NCBI GenBank assembly: GCA_021731625.1
Contig: JAKFXC010000062.1
Span: 4,479-68,478, forward strand
DNA: 64,000 bases
Direction of reading: 5' to 3'
Source: Candidatus Omnitrophota bacterium
GTDB taxonomy: Bacteria > Omnitrophota > Gorgyraeia > Zapsychrales > Fredricksoniimonadaceae
The notes under the pieces are model-generated. The model was not told the DNA's origin, did no database searches, and saw only the letters and a program-made list of their open reading frames with translations. Below are positions 17,880 through 27,879 of this stretch, piece after piece. Position numbers and translations under genes: made by a program. Each line of letters starts with the position of its first letter. Position 1 is the first letter of the stretch.

Positions 17880-19937
17880 ATGGTGCTATTGACGGGAACC
17901 CCGGAGCCCCTCGGCGCAACTTTCGCCAGCGAGGGGGTCAACTTTGCCATTTTTTCCAAATATGCCGCCGAAGTGAATCTCTTATTATTTGAACAGGCTG
18001 ACCAAGCTCCGGTGCAGACGATCAAACTCAACCGCAGCGGCGACATGTGGCATGCGTTTGTGCCGGGCTTGAAGGCGGGGCAGCTGTATGGCTATAAAAT
18101 CGACGGAGAATATAACCCCAGCCAGGGAAAAAGATTTAACCCCCACAAGCTGTTGCTGGATCCGTATGCCAAAGCCGTGACGGGAAAATTCAAGGACCAG
18201 GACCGGGTGATTTTTGCGTATGACGTGGCCGCGCCGGAAAAGGACCTGAAAATGGACCTTCGTGACACCGCTTTAGTCGCCCCGAAGGCCATTGTCATCG
18301 ACGACCAATTCGATTGGGGGGAGGACAGGCGCCCGCAGATTCCTGTGGAGGAACTGATCATTTACGAGACCCATGTCAAGGCCATGACTGCTCATCCTTC
18401 CTCATCGGTCGAAGCCGCCGGCACCTACTTGGGGTTCGTCGAAAAAATCCCTTACCTCAAAGAACTGGGCATTAATGCCGTGGAGTTTTTGCCCGTGCAT
18501 GAATTTTATATCCGCACAGAACTTTTGGATAAAGGGCTGACCGATTTTTGGGGGTATAACACCATCGGTTTTTTTGCCCCGGAGTTCTCCTACAGCACCC
18601 AGGCCAAACCCGGATGCCAGGTGCAGGAATTTAAAACTTTGGTGAAAGCGCTGCACGAGGCCGGCATCGAAGTCATCCTGGATGTGGTGTATAACCACAC
18701 CGGCGAGGGCAGTGAGCTAGGCCCGACGTTGTGTTTTAAGGGCATCGACAACCCCACCTATTATGCGTTGGTGCAGAACCCGCAAAACCCGCAGGAGCAG
18801 TACCGGTATTATTTAAACGACACCGGCACCGGCAATACCTTTAACGTCGAGCACCCACAAGTGTTGCGCCTGATCCTCGACTCCCTGAAATATTGGGCGA
18901 CCATCATGCGCGTCGATGGATTCCGTTTTGATCTGGCCCCCATTTTGGCCCGCACAAACGGCCTCTTCGACCCGCAGTCGCCCTTTTTTGAGGCAATTGC
19001 GAAAGACCCGGTTTTGAGTAAACTAAAAATGATCGCCGAGCCCTGGGATTTAACCACCTATCAGATGGGTCATTTTCCCGCGGGCTGGTTGGAGTGGAAC
19101 GGAAAATTCCGAGACACCAGCCGCTCGTTTATCAAAGGTGATGAGGGCCAGGCCCCGGAAATGGCCAAATGCCTGACCGGTTCTGCAGAAATTTTTCCGC
19201 CTCCCGATAAACGCAGCGTGAATTTTATCGCCTGCCATGACGGCTTTACCCTCCACGATGTGTTTGCTTATAACAGCAAACACAATGAAGCGAACCAGGA
19301 GGACAACCGCGATGGTTTAAACGATAACCATTCTTGGAATTGCGGGGTAGAGGGCGAGACCACAGACGCTGGCATCCTCCAGCTGCGTAAGCAAATGGTC
19401 AAAAATGGTTTGTGCGCGACTTTGTTTTCCTCCGGCACCCCTATGTTGCTTTATGGCGATGAGGTCTGGCGCACGCAGAAAGGAAATAACAATGCGTATT
19501 GCCAGGATAATGCCCGCACGTGGTTTCATTGGGAAGATTTAAAAAAACATGCCGATATTTTTAAGTTTTGCCAAAAGGCCATTGCGTTTAGAAAATCCTG
19601 TGGGCTGCTCAAGCCAGTGTCGGTGATATCCTGGTATAACCAGCGCCTGGCCCCACCACTCAACTGGCACAACCCGCGTTTAAAATTCCTGTGTTATGAA
19701 CTGGCCGACCCAGACATCGGCAAAGACGATTTCCTATTTATGGTCTGGAACATGAACCACCGCGGGACGTTAGTTGATCTGCCGCCGCATGAGAATTACC
19801 GGTGGTTCCGCCTGGTCGACACCGCGCAAAAAGCCGGCGAGGATTTTTTTCCGTCGGGGGAGGGGCGGCCATTGCGCCGGCTCCGCACCCATTGCCAGGC
19901 CCGCAGCGTGAGCATCTTCGTCGGAAGGAGGGCCTAG
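17880..19937 (+). CDS. glgX: Glycogen debranching enzyme GlgX/TreX (isoamylase, GH13_11)
   Basis: GATFASEGVNFAIFS CBM48 start; GH13 motifs DVVYNHT, GFRFDLA, EPWD, CHDGFTL; 685 aa. Confidence 0.85.
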   Translation: MVLLTGTPEPLGATFASEGVNFAIFSKYAAEVNLLLFEQADQAPVQTIKLNRSGDMWHAFVPGLKAGQLYGYKIDGEYNPSQGKRFNPHKLLLDPYAKAVTGKFKDQDRVIFAYDVAAPEKDLKMDLRDTALVAPKAIVIDDQFDWGEDRRPQIPVEELIIYETHVKAMTAHPSSSVEAAGTYLGFVEKIPYLKELGINAVEFLPVHEFYIRTELLDKGLTDFWGYNTIGFFAPEFSYSTQAKPGCQVQEFKTLVKALHEAGIEVILDVVYNHTGEGSELGPTLCFKGIDNPTYYALVQNPQNPQEQYRYYLNDTGTGNTFNVEHPQVLRLILDSLKYWATIMRVDGFRFDLAPILARTNGLFDPQSPFFEAIAKDPVLSKLKMIAEPWDLTTYQMGHFPAGWLEWNGKFRDTSRSFIKGDEGQAPEMAKCLTGSAEIFPPPDKRSVNFIACHDGFTLHDVFAYNSKHNEANQEDNRDGLNDNHSWNCGVEGETTDAGILQLRKQMVKNGLCATLFSSGTPMLLYGDEVWRTQKGNNNAYCQDNARTWFHWEDLKKHADIFKFCQKAIAFRKSCGLLKPVSVISWYNQRLAPPLNWHNPRLKFLCYELADPDIGKDDFLFMVWNMNHRGTLVDLPPHENYRWFRLVDTAQKAGEDFFPSGEGRPLRRLRTHCQARSVSIFVGRRA

Positions 19938-19938
19938 C

Positions 19939-22713
19939 ATGAAAGTCCCAGTGGCAACCTACCGCCTGCAGCTCCATCACCAATTCAACTTTGCGGACGC
20001 CCAAAACATTGTCGACTATATTTCCGTTCTGGGGATTTCCGACATTTATGCCTCGCCCATTTTTAAGGCGGTGGGCGACAGCATCCACGGGTATGACATT
20101 GTGGACCCCACGCAAATTAATCCGCAGCTGGGAGGCAAGGACGGCTTCGCGTCGCTCATGAGCAAAGTCAAAGACAAGGGCCTGGGATGGGTGCAAGACA
20201 TTGTGCCTAATCATATGGCCTTTGACAGCAGCAACCGGCTGCTCATGGACATTTTTGAAAGCGGGCCGCGCTCTAAGTTTTACCAATTTTTTGATGTCCA
20301 ATGGGACCATCCCTATGAACATTTGCGCGGCAAAATGCTGACCCCCATTTTAGGGGACATGTACGGCCTTTGCCTGGATAAAAATGAAATCAAAATCTTT
20401 TTTGATGAGAATGGATTTAGTGTGCGGGTGTCGGCCCAAGTGTTGCCGCTCAAAATTGATGGGTATGCGAAAATTTTGACTGCCAATCTGCCGTTGCTGG
20501 AGCAAAACATCCAGCGCCAGGATGAACACTTTATACAGTTCTTGGAAGTGATCGAAAGCCTGAAGAATATTTCCGAACTCATCCCTTACGATGAACGGTA
20601 TCATCGCATTTCTCTGGCCAAGACCCGGCTGTGGAAACTGTATATGGGTAATGCGACCATTAAGAATTATATCGATGGGATCATCACCTCTCTAAACGGC
20701 ACCCCCGGCGACCCGGCGTCGCTGAACCGTTTGGATGAATTGCTCTCCGAGCAAGTTTTTCGCTTGTCGTTCTGGAAGGTGGGCAATGAGGAATTGAATT
20801 ATCGGCGGTTTTTTACCATCAACAGTCTGCTCAGTTTGAAGATGGAACGCAAAGAAGTCTTTGATCTGACCCATGAGCTCATCATGCAGCTGGTCAAGGC
20901 CGGAGACTTTACCGGACTCCGGGTGGACCATGTGGATGGTTTGTATGATCCTCCAGCCTATTTAACCCGCATCCGGCAGCGGGAAGAGGACATTTACATT
21001 GTGATTGAAAAAATCTTGGATATCCACGAACATTTGCCCGCTTGCATGCCGGTGCAGGGGACCACGGGTTATGATTTTTTAAACGTGGTCAACGGGCTTT
21101 TTGTCGACACTCACACGGAAAAAATATTTGACCGCACGTATACGGCCTTCACCGGTCTGCGAACCCCTTACCGGGACTTAGTCAGCGAGAAGAAAAGATT
21201 TTTTATGGGCAAACACATGGCCGGAGACATCGACAACCTGGCCCATCTGCTCAAACACATTTTAAACCGCAATCGCTACGGCAAAGACATGACCATGTAT
21301 GCACTCCGTCGGGCAATTGTGGAAGTCATGGCCCAGTTTCCGGTGTACCGGGCCTATATGTGCGAAGGCCAAGGCATCGAGGAGGGCAGAGCCCACATCA
21401 AGGAAGCGGTGGCGCGGGCCCAAAATTTGAATCCCGGACTGTTGCACGAATTGGCTTACATGGGGAAGGTTTTGCTTTTGGATTTTCCCGCCGAGGTGGG
21501 GGTCGAGGAAAAGGAAGAATATTACCATTTTACTAAGAAGTTCCAGCAGTATTCCGGGCCCTTGATGGCCAAAGCCGCGGAGGACACCACATTTTACATT
21601 TACAACCGTTTTATTTCGCTGAATGAAGTTGGCGGAGATCCATCGGTGTTCGGGATTTCACCGGAGGATTTTCACGAGTTCATGCAGGAGCGCCAACGCC
21701 GCTGGCCCCTGGCGATCAATGCCACTTCCACCCACGACACCAAGCGCGGCGAAGACGCGCGGGCCCGTTTAAATGTGCTGACTGAAATGCCGGAGGCCTG
21801 GGAGCACATGGTCCGGATGTGGAGCAAAATCAACAAAAAAAAGAAGCGGTCCGTCGGCGCTCTAAAAGTGCCGGATAAAAATGAGGAGTATTTTATTTAC
21901 CAAGCTCTGGTCGGGGCCTATCCCTTCGACCAGCGGGAACATGCTGCATTTGCCGTGCGCCTGAAAGATTATATGATCAAGTCCCTGCGGGAAGCCAAGG
22001 TGCATACGGCGTGGATCAACCCCAACACTGCGTATGAGGAGGGCTGCCTGTATTTTATTGATGCCTTGCTTCGTCCAGGGGCGAACAATGCATTTTTAAA
22101 ATCATTTCTGGAGTTCCATCAAAAGGTGGCCTTACCGGGCGTGGGCAACTCCTTGGCCCAGGTGCTCCTTAAAATCACCTGTCCGGGCCTGCCGGATTTT
22201 TATCAAGGCAGCGAGCTATGGGATCTGTCCTTTGTGGATCCGGACAACCGCCGGCCGGTCGACTATGAGCGCCGGATGGAATTGCTGGACAAGATTAAGG
22301 GTCAGACCGGCAATGCCGATTTTCTAAGCGACCTTATAAAGAATAAGGAAGACGGCCGCCTGAAATTTTGGTTTACCTATAAAATGTTGCAGTTTCGGCA
22401 GGTGCACAAAGAGCTGTTCCTCAAAGGGGACTACATGCCGTTGGCTGCCAAGGGCACCGGCCAGAAACACATATTGGGCTTTGCCCGCAAATTGGGGCAA
22501 ACCTGGGTCGTGATCGCTGTTCCACGATTTAGCACCCAAATGACAGACGGCTGGCAGGACACTGCCTTGGTTTTGCCCGAGGGCGCGCCCTCGCAATGGG
22601 AACATGCCTTAACCGGGGCATGCAGTCATGCCGCGGGAGAAATTCAATTGGTACAACTTCTTCAGGAATTCCCGGTGGTGGTGTTGTCAGCTAAGGAGGC
22701 GCCAAAGATGTAA
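19939..22713 (+). CDS. treY: Malto-oligosyltrehalose synthase
   Basis: N-terminal ATYRLQL...ISDIYASPIF..GYD..DP is the TreY signature; 924 aa. Confidence 0.85.
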   Translation: MKVPVATYRLQLHHQFNFADAQNIVDYISVLGISDIYASPIFKAVGDSIHGYDIVDPTQINPQLGGKDGFASLMSKVKDKGLGWVQDIVPNHMAFDSSNRLLMDIFESGPRSKFYQFFDVQWDHPYEHLRGKMLTPILGDMYGLCLDKNEIKIFFDENGFSVRVSAQVLPLKIDGYAKILTANLPLLEQNIQRQDEHFIQFLEVIESLKNISELIPYDERYHRISLAKTRLWKLYMGNATIKNYIDGIITSLNGTPGDPASLNRLDELLSEQVFRLSFWKVGNEELNYRRFFTINSLLSLKMERKEVFDLTHELIMQLVKAGDFTGLRVDHVDGLYDPPAYLTRIRQREEDIYIVIEKILDIHEHLPACMPVQGTTGYDFLNVVNGLFVDTHTEKIFDRTYTAFTGLRTPYRDLVSEKKRFFMGKHMAGDIDNLAHLLKHILNRNRYGKDMTMYALRRAIVEVMAQFPVYRAYMCEGQGIEEGRAHIKEAVARAQNLNPGLLHELAYMGKVLLLDFPAEVGVEEKEEYYHFTKKFQQYSGPLMAKAAEDTTFYIYNRFISLNEVGGDPSVFGISPEDFHEFMQERQRRWPLAINATSTHDTKRGEDARARLNVLTEMPEAWEHMVRMWSKINKKKKRSVGALKVPDKNEEYFIYQALVGAYPFDQREHAAFAVRLKDYMIKSLREAKVHTAWINPNTAYEEGCLYFIDALLRPGANNAFLKSFLEFHQKVALPGVGNSLAQVLLKITCPGLPDFYQGSELWDLSFVDPDNRRPVDYERRMELLDKIKGQTGNADFLSDLIKNKEDGRLKFWFTYKMLQFRQVHKELFLKGDYMPLAAKGTGQKHILGFARKLGQTWVVIAVPRFSTQMTDGWQDTALVLPEGAPSQWEHALTGACSHAAGEIQLVQLLQEFPVVVLSAKEAPKM

Positions 22714-22796
22714 GCAGTTTAATTTTAACTTCATCTTGTTTTAATTTTCATTTTGGTACAGTAGGTCAGCATTTTCATCCCTAAAGGAGAAACGCC

Positions 22797-23168
22797 ATGG
22801 GTAGACATAAGAATCGTTTTAATAACAACCAACCCAATTCGATTCAGCCGCTTGATCATATAGGCCGTGAACCTTCTTATTTTGACATTCAACCCCGCGC
22901 GTATGCACTCCATGAGCAAAAAGGCGGCACTGAGCTGGAGAACTGCTGGAAGCGGAAAGGTAGCGTAAGGAGGCAAGGCATGCTGCTCGTTGAGCGCAAC
23001 CTTCTCAATACATGTGTCATCCTCGTGGCTGGATTTTGCCTCCTGCAGGGGTGCCGGGAGCAGAAGGCAACGTCGGACCCCAAGACCCAGTTTTCTAATT
23101 TTGTGAATGAAGGCAGTTCACATCAGGAAGAAGCGCCGGTGAATACTTGGGTGAACGTGGCATTTTAA
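22797..23168 (+). CDS. Hypothetical protein; C-terminal half could be an independent small lipoprotein (start 22980, lipobox LLQGC)
   Basis: RBS aaaggag before 22797 and aaggagg before the internal ATG 22980; no recognisable domain. Confidence 0.3.
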   Translation: MGRHKNRFNNNQPNSIQPLDHIGREPSYFDIQPRAYALHEQKGGTELENCWKRKGSVRRQGMLLVERNLLNTCVILVAGFCLLQGCREQKATSDPKTQFSNFVNEGSSHQEEAPVNTWVNVAF

Positions 23169-23200
23169 TATTTAAGGTCATCTAAACGACAATAACACCA

Positions 23201-23449
23201 ATGAAAGGAGCACGTATGATTAACCGAGAAGGCATCAACGATTATACCCAAGCCATTGATCAGGGTGAGAAAAAAGTCAAACAAGCGGTTCAAGAGGCCG
23301 AGAAAAAATTCCGCCAGACCCAGGAGCAATTGTCCCAGTGGGCTTCTAAAGTCGACCATCAAGTGCATGAAAATCCATGGCCGGCGCTGGCCGGGGTTGC
23401 GGTGGGATTTCTCATGTTGGGTTTGATCATGGGCAGATCACGCGAATGA
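23201..23449 (+). CDS. DUF883 (ElaB/YqjD-like) membrane-anchored stress protein
   Basis: Coiled-coil N-terminus and C-terminal NPWPALAGVAVGFLMLGLIMGRS, the DUF883 hallmark. Confidence 0.65.
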   Translation: MKGARMINREGINDYTQAIDQGEKKVKQAVQEAEKKFRQTQEQLSQWASKVDHQVHENPWPALAGVAVGFLMLGLIMGRSRE

Positions 23450-23889
23450 AAAAACAACTCCTGACCACGGCGTTTTTTTTGCTGAGCGCGTTCTCCAAAA
23501 TGCGGGCGCGCACCTCACTCAAGGACATCGCTGGTCTTCGAATGAAACTGTTGTACCTCAAACTGATCAAGACCAGCCGCATGCTCTTTATCAGTTTTTT
23601 AGGGGTGGGGCTATGCCTGCTTTTTTTGTGTGCCGGTTTGGTCCTGGCGCATGTGGTCTTCTTTGCTTATATGCCCTGGAGCAATGAGGCCAAAATATGG
23701 GTAGGGTTTGCCATGTCCGCCATCTACGTCGGTGCGGCCGCATGGATCTTTAGCTATGTCTTTGATCAACACAAGTGGATAGCCATGTTTCAGGCTAATG
23801 GGCTGTTGGATAATATCGCCGGAGACATGCCCTATCCGCAGAACCATAAGAATCATAAAAGAGAACCGGTAGATAGTTCTGCCCTATGA
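23446..23889 (+). CDS. YqjE-like (phage-holin-3_6 superfamily) inner-membrane protein
   Basis: ATGA overlap with the DUF883 gene, mirroring E. coli yqjD-yqjE synteny; two long hydrophobic helices. Confidence 0.5.
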   Translation: MKKQLLTTAFFLLSAFSKMRARTSLKDIAGLRMKLLYLKLIKTSRMLFISFLGVGLCLLFLCAGLVLAHVVFFAYMPWSNEAKIWVGFAMSAIYVGAAAWIFSYVFDQHKWIAMFQANGLLDNIAGDMPYPQNHKNHKREPVDSSAL

Positions 23890-26237
23890 TCGGCAGCATA
23901 GAGGGCCTTATTCGATCAACCCGGCGGAGGCTCAATCGCAGCTATTGGGCCATTCGGCTGTTGGGGCTTTCTAAACTCGACCAGCCGATTCAGGCCCCCG
24001 GCCTGATCATGGTGCAGATTGACGGACTTTCCTTGACGCAGGTGCAAAACGCCATGCGTCAAGGAAATGTCCCTTTCTTAAGCCGCTTGCTTTCCCGCGA
24101 ATCCTACGTTCTGCACACTTTTTTTTCCGGCATTCCTTCCAATACCCCTGCGGTGCAAGCGGAAATTTTTTACGGCGTTAAGACCTGCGTGCCGTCATTT
24201 TATTTTATGGACCGGAGGTTGTGTCGTCCGGTGAAAATGCAGGATGCCGCTTATGTTGAACAATTTGAACAGAAGCTAAAGGAAAAGAATGCCGGGCTGC
24301 TCTCCGGCGGGAGTTCCTATAGCAATATTTTCACCGGTGGGGCTTCCGAAGCCCATTTTTGCTGGGCCCAATTAGGGTTCGGCGGTGTGTTGCACGCGGC
24401 CAACCCTTTGGTATTTCCCTTTTTATTTCTTTTATATATTGATATTTTTGTCCGCACGTTTGTTTTGCTCATCGTGGAATTCTTGATCGCTTTTTATGAA
24501 TGCATCCGGGGCACCCTGAAGGGCCGCTTGTTTTTTGAAGAGCTGCGCTTTGTCATGCTGCGGGTTTTGGTATGCATATTTCTGAGGGAACTGATCGTGG
24601 CCGGGGTCTGCATTGACATCATGCGGGGTTTACCGGTCATTCATTGTAATTTTCTGGGCTACGATGAGCAGGCCCATTGCCGGGGCCCATCGTCGCGTTT
24701 TGCCCACTGGGCTTTGCAAGGCATTGATGCTGCCATCAAACGCATTGACCACACCATGAAACAATCGCCTTACCGTGAATATGACCTCTGGGTGTACGGG
24801 GACCATGGCCAGGAAACCACCACCCCGTATTTTATCCGCTACGGCCGCACCATCGAAGAGGCGGTGCAGGAACTCTTTGGCAAGAATCTGGATCCGGTGG
24901 TGCGTCGCCGCAATTTGCGGCAGCACAATGCCGACGGACGGGCCGATTTATTGGTCAGTCGAAAAGACAAACCATTGCCCCGGGGGGAGCAGCCAGAGAT
25001 TTTAGTCACCGCCATGGGGCCTTTGGGGCAAATTTACGTGAAGAAAAAACTCAGTCAGGCAGAATTGGAATTTTTTGGCAATGAATTGGCGACTAAGCTG
25101 CATATCCCGCTGGTGGTGATCCGCCAAGGCCAAAAGCTCTTGGCGTACACCCCGCACGGGTCTTATACCTTGCCGGACCAAACCGCCTTAGTGTTTGGCG
25201 AGGATCATCCTTTTCTTGAGGACATTCAGGTCGATTTTATGACTGCATGTTTCCATCCGGATGCCGGCGAGTTCATTATTGCGGGGTGGAGCAAAGGCGA
25301 GTCGCCGATCAGCTTTCCTTTAGAGTATGGGGCCCATGCCGCCATGAGTGTTGAGGAAACCCGGGCTTTTGCCCTCATGCCGGTTGATGCCCCTTTAAAA
25401 TCCCGGTCTAAAAAATATCTCCGACCCCTGGATTTGCGGGACACCGCCCTGCGGTACCTTAATAAGGAAGTGATCGGGCCGGCAGCGGCGCCGGAGGAAG
25501 TGCCTGGGGTGCTGCGCCTCATGAGCTACAATGTGCACGGGTGCAAGGGCATGGATGGTTATCTGTCCACGGAACGCATCGCGCGGGTCATTGCCCGGCA
25601 CCGTCCTGATGTCATTGCCCTGCAGGAACTCGACGTCGGACGGGCCCGGTCCCAAGGCATGGACCAGGTCCAAAAGGTGGCCAAGTATCTCGAGATGAAG
25701 TATCATTTTCATCCTGTTCTCTGCCAGGAAGCCGAGCAATACGGCAATGCCATTTTAAGCCGGTACCCTGTGACCTTGATCAAAGTCGCGACCCTGCCCG
25801 GGCTTCATGATCAAGAACCTCGAGGGGCCATGTGGGTCCAAATAGAGTTTCAAAACATTGGTGTTCATGTGATTAACACCCATTTGAGTATTTGGCCGAG
25901 GGAACGGATGCTGCAGGTGAAAGCCCTTTTAAGCGAACAGTGGATAGGTCAGCACGACCATCGCACTCCTTTGGTTTTATGCGGAGATTTTAATGCCATG
26001 CCCGGATCATCTTCCTATAAACGGATTTGCCAAAAATTAAAGGATAGCCAGACCCTGCTGAACGGACATCAACCCTTCCGCACTTGGTTTGGTCGATACC
26101 CGGTGTCCCAGATCGACCACGTCTTTGTGAACCCTCAATTGAAGGTCCACGCCGCGTCTGTTCCCCACACCAGCCTCGATAAGGTGGCCTCGGACCACCT
26201 ACCGCTCATCGTCGACCTTAAGATGTATGTAAATTAA
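23886..26237 (+). CDS. Fusion phosphoesterase: N-terminal alkaline-phosphatase-like (type I phosphodiesterase/nucleotide pyrophosphatase) domain, internal TM segments, C-terminal endonuclease/exonuclease/phosphatase (EEP) domain
   Basis: AlkP-core motifs VQIDGLS, SGIPSNTP and VYGDHGQ. EEP motifs LRLMSYNVHG, IALQELD, VINTHLS, CGDFNAMPGS, DHVF, SDHLPL. Hydrophobic stretch at residues ~190-250. Confidence 0.65.
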   Translation: MIGSIEGLIRSTRRRLNRSYWAIRLLGLSKLDQPIQAPGLIMVQIDGLSLTQVQNAMRQGNVPFLSRLLSRESYVLHTFFSGIPSNTPAVQAEIFYGVKTCVPSFYFMDRRLCRPVKMQDAAYVEQFEQKLKEKNAGLLSGGSSYSNIFTGGASEAHFCWAQLGFGGVLHAANPLVFPFLFLLYIDIFVRTFVLLIVEFLIAFYECIRGTLKGRLFFEELRFVMLRVLVCIFLRELIVAGVCIDIMRGLPVIHCNFLGYDEQAHCRGPSSRFAHWALQGIDAAIKRIDHTMKQSPYREYDLWVYGDHGQETTTPYFIRYGRTIEEAVQELFGKNLDPVVRRRNLRQHNADGRADLLVSRKDKPLPRGEQPEILVTAMGPLGQIYVKKKLSQAELEFFGNELATKLHIPLVVIRQGQKLLAYTPHGSYTLPDQTALVFGEDHPFLEDIQVDFMTACFHPDAGEFIIAGWSKGESPISFPLEYGAHAAMSVEETRAFALMPVDAPLKSRSKKYLRPLDLRDTALRYLNKEVIGPAAAPEEVPGVLRLMSYNVHGCKGMDGYLSTERIARVIARHRPDVIALQELDVGRARSQGMDQVQKVAKYLEMKYHFHPVLCQEAEQYGNAILSRYPVTLIKVATLPGLHDQEPRGAMWVQIEFQNIGVHVINTHLSIWPRERMLQVKALLSEQWIGQHDHRTPLVLCGDFNAMPGSSSYKRICQKLKDSQTLLNGHQPFRTWFGRYPVSQIDHVFVNPQLKVHAASVPHTSLDKVASDHLPLIVDLKMYVN

Positions 26238-26331
26238 TCTTGTTTTCATGTTCTCTTAATGGTGGGATTGGTAAATTAATCCGCGTTTAGGAACGCAATC
26301 ACAGAGAAAACCAGCTAAAAAGGAGACTCAC

Positions 26332-27096
26332 ATGTTTAAAGACTTTCGCTTACTGTTTGCGGTAGGAGTCATGGCTTTATCGTTTGCCGCGTCCGCACGG
26401 GCGGCAGATACGGATGGTCGTATTGAATCCTCGTTTAAGAATTCATACGTCTATAAAACTTATTTGAGAGACGATCAGATTGATATCCATGTCAAACACG
26501 GCGTGGTGACATTGACTGGCACGGTGGATCAAGAAAATCATCGGGGCTTGGCCCAAGAAACGGCGGCGGGTTTACCGGGAGTACAACGGGTGGAAAATAC
26601 CCTGGAAGTTCGTGGGGGGAAAGTACCGGAGCAATCGGACGCTTGGTTGGCTATGAAGGTCAAAGCCGCATTGGTGTTTCACCGCAGTGTTAGCGGTTTA
26701 AGGACCCAGGTGGAAACCAAAGACGGTATAGTAACTTTGAGAGGCGAAGCGGAAAGTCAAGCTGAAAAAGACCTGGCCGCCGAATATGCCAAGGATGTCG
26801 AGGGAGTGAAATCCGTCCGAAACGACATGGTCATCGCCAAGAACGACAATCCTGACCAGATAGACAAACAAACATTTAAGGAAAAAATTGATGATGCATC
26901 CATCACCGCGCAAGTCAAGACAGCCTTGTTGTCGCATCGCTCAACCAGCGCCATCGGGACTAAAGTCGAGACCCGTGACGGGGTTGTGACGGTCAGCGGC
27001 AATGCCAAAAACCAGGCTGAGAAAGACCTAGTGACCAAACTGGTGACCGACATCAAAGGTGTGGATAGAGTCGTTAATAATATGAACGTAAGCTAA
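26332..27096 (+). CDS. BON-domain protein with three BON repeats (OsmY-like), signal peptide
   Basis: Repeated ...V.HGVVTLTG.V....K..A...A..V.GV..V.N.L.V pattern three times. Confidence 0.8.
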   Translation: MFKDFRLLFAVGVMALSFAASARAADTDGRIESSFKNSYVYKTYLRDDQIDIHVKHGVVTLTGTVDQENHRGLAQETAAGLPGVQRVENTLEVRGGKVPEQSDAWLAMKVKAALVFHRSVSGLRTQVETKDGIVTLRGEAESQAEKDLAAEYAKDVEGVKSVRNDMVIAKNDNPDQIDKQTFKEKIDDASITAQVKTALLSHRSTSAIGTKVETRDGVVTVSGNAKNQAEKDLVTKLVTDIKGVDRVVNNMNVS

Positions 27097-27113
27097 TCAA
27101 ACGGAGAACATCA

Positions 27114-27251
27114 ATGCGGAACTTATTTGTTAAGTTAGTCGCCGTGGCCTTCATTGCCTCGATCGTTGGGTGCAATACGATGAAGGGGGCTGGCCAAGAT
27201 ATGGAACAAACCGGGAAAAACATCAAGGAAACCGTGGAGCATAACGATTAA
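27114..27251 (+). CDS. Entericidin A/B family small lipoprotein (45 aa)
   Basis: MRNLFVKLVAVAFIASIVGCNTMKGAGQDMEQTGKNIKE matches Ecn (lipobox VGC, NT.KG.G.D...G); RBS ggag. Not in the ORF track because it is under 60 aa. Confidence 0.6.
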   Translation: MRNLFVKLVAVAFIASIVGCNTMKGAGQDMEQTGKNIKETVEHND

Positions 27252-27269
27252 CCAATCAAGGAGGTACTT

Positions 27270-27437
27270 ATGTTAAGTTGGTCCATTAGCTTTTTATTGA
27301 TTGCCATCGTGGCAGCGTTTTTTGGGTTCGGCGGAATTGCGGGTACGGCCACCGAAATCGCCAAAGCATTGTTTGTAGTCTTTTTGGTCCTTTTCTTTAT
27401 TTCTTTGCTTTTAGGTCGACGCGTCCCATCGGTGTAA
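27270..27437 (+). CDS. UPF0391/DUF1328 small membrane protein (55 aa)
   Basis: [49 protein letters not shown] is the canonical family sequence; RBS aaggagg. Confidence 0.6.
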   Translation: MLSWSISFLLIAIVAAFFGFGGIAGTATEIAKALFVVFLVLFFISLLLGRRVPSV

Positions 27438-27522
27438 CGTCGCTCTCAAGATAACCGCCCGGATAGGTGAGGACATTCGCCGCGTTTAGCGGCGGTGCCT
27501 TGCCAAGGCGGAAGGGGGAACT

Positions 27523-27879
27523 ATGAAGAAACTTAAGACGCAGAAAAGGTTTGACATCGAGCAACACGTGCAGAGTTTTGAGTCGGTGTCCCGGTTCGTC
27601 AGTGAAGGGAATCCTCTCACGGGCGAGGCCATTGAAAAGGCCCGGCAGGACGTTTATCAGGACTTGAAATTGATCGAAGACACCAAAGAAGCCATAAAGA
27701 AAGAGCCAGCTCTGGCCGAGGCCCTCCCGTATGTGGCAGTGACCGCGTCTGAAGGAGTGATCGTCCTGAAAGGCACCGTGGAATCCGAAGTCGAGAAAAA
27801 GTCGGTGGGCGAACAAGCCACCGGAGTGGCTGGTTACGGAAAAGTCCATAACGATCTCCAGGTGTCCGAAGAAAAATGA
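27523..27879 (+). CDS. Small BON-domain protein
   Basis: VTASEGVIVLKGTVESEVEKKSVGEQATGVAGYGKVHNDLQV is a BON repeat. Confidence 0.55.
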   Translation: MKKLKTQKRFDIEQHVQSFESVSRFVSEGNPLTGEAIEKARQDVYQDLKLIEDTKEAIKKEPALAEALPYVAVTASEGVIVLKGTVESEVEKKSVGEQATGVAGYGKVHNDLQVSEEK

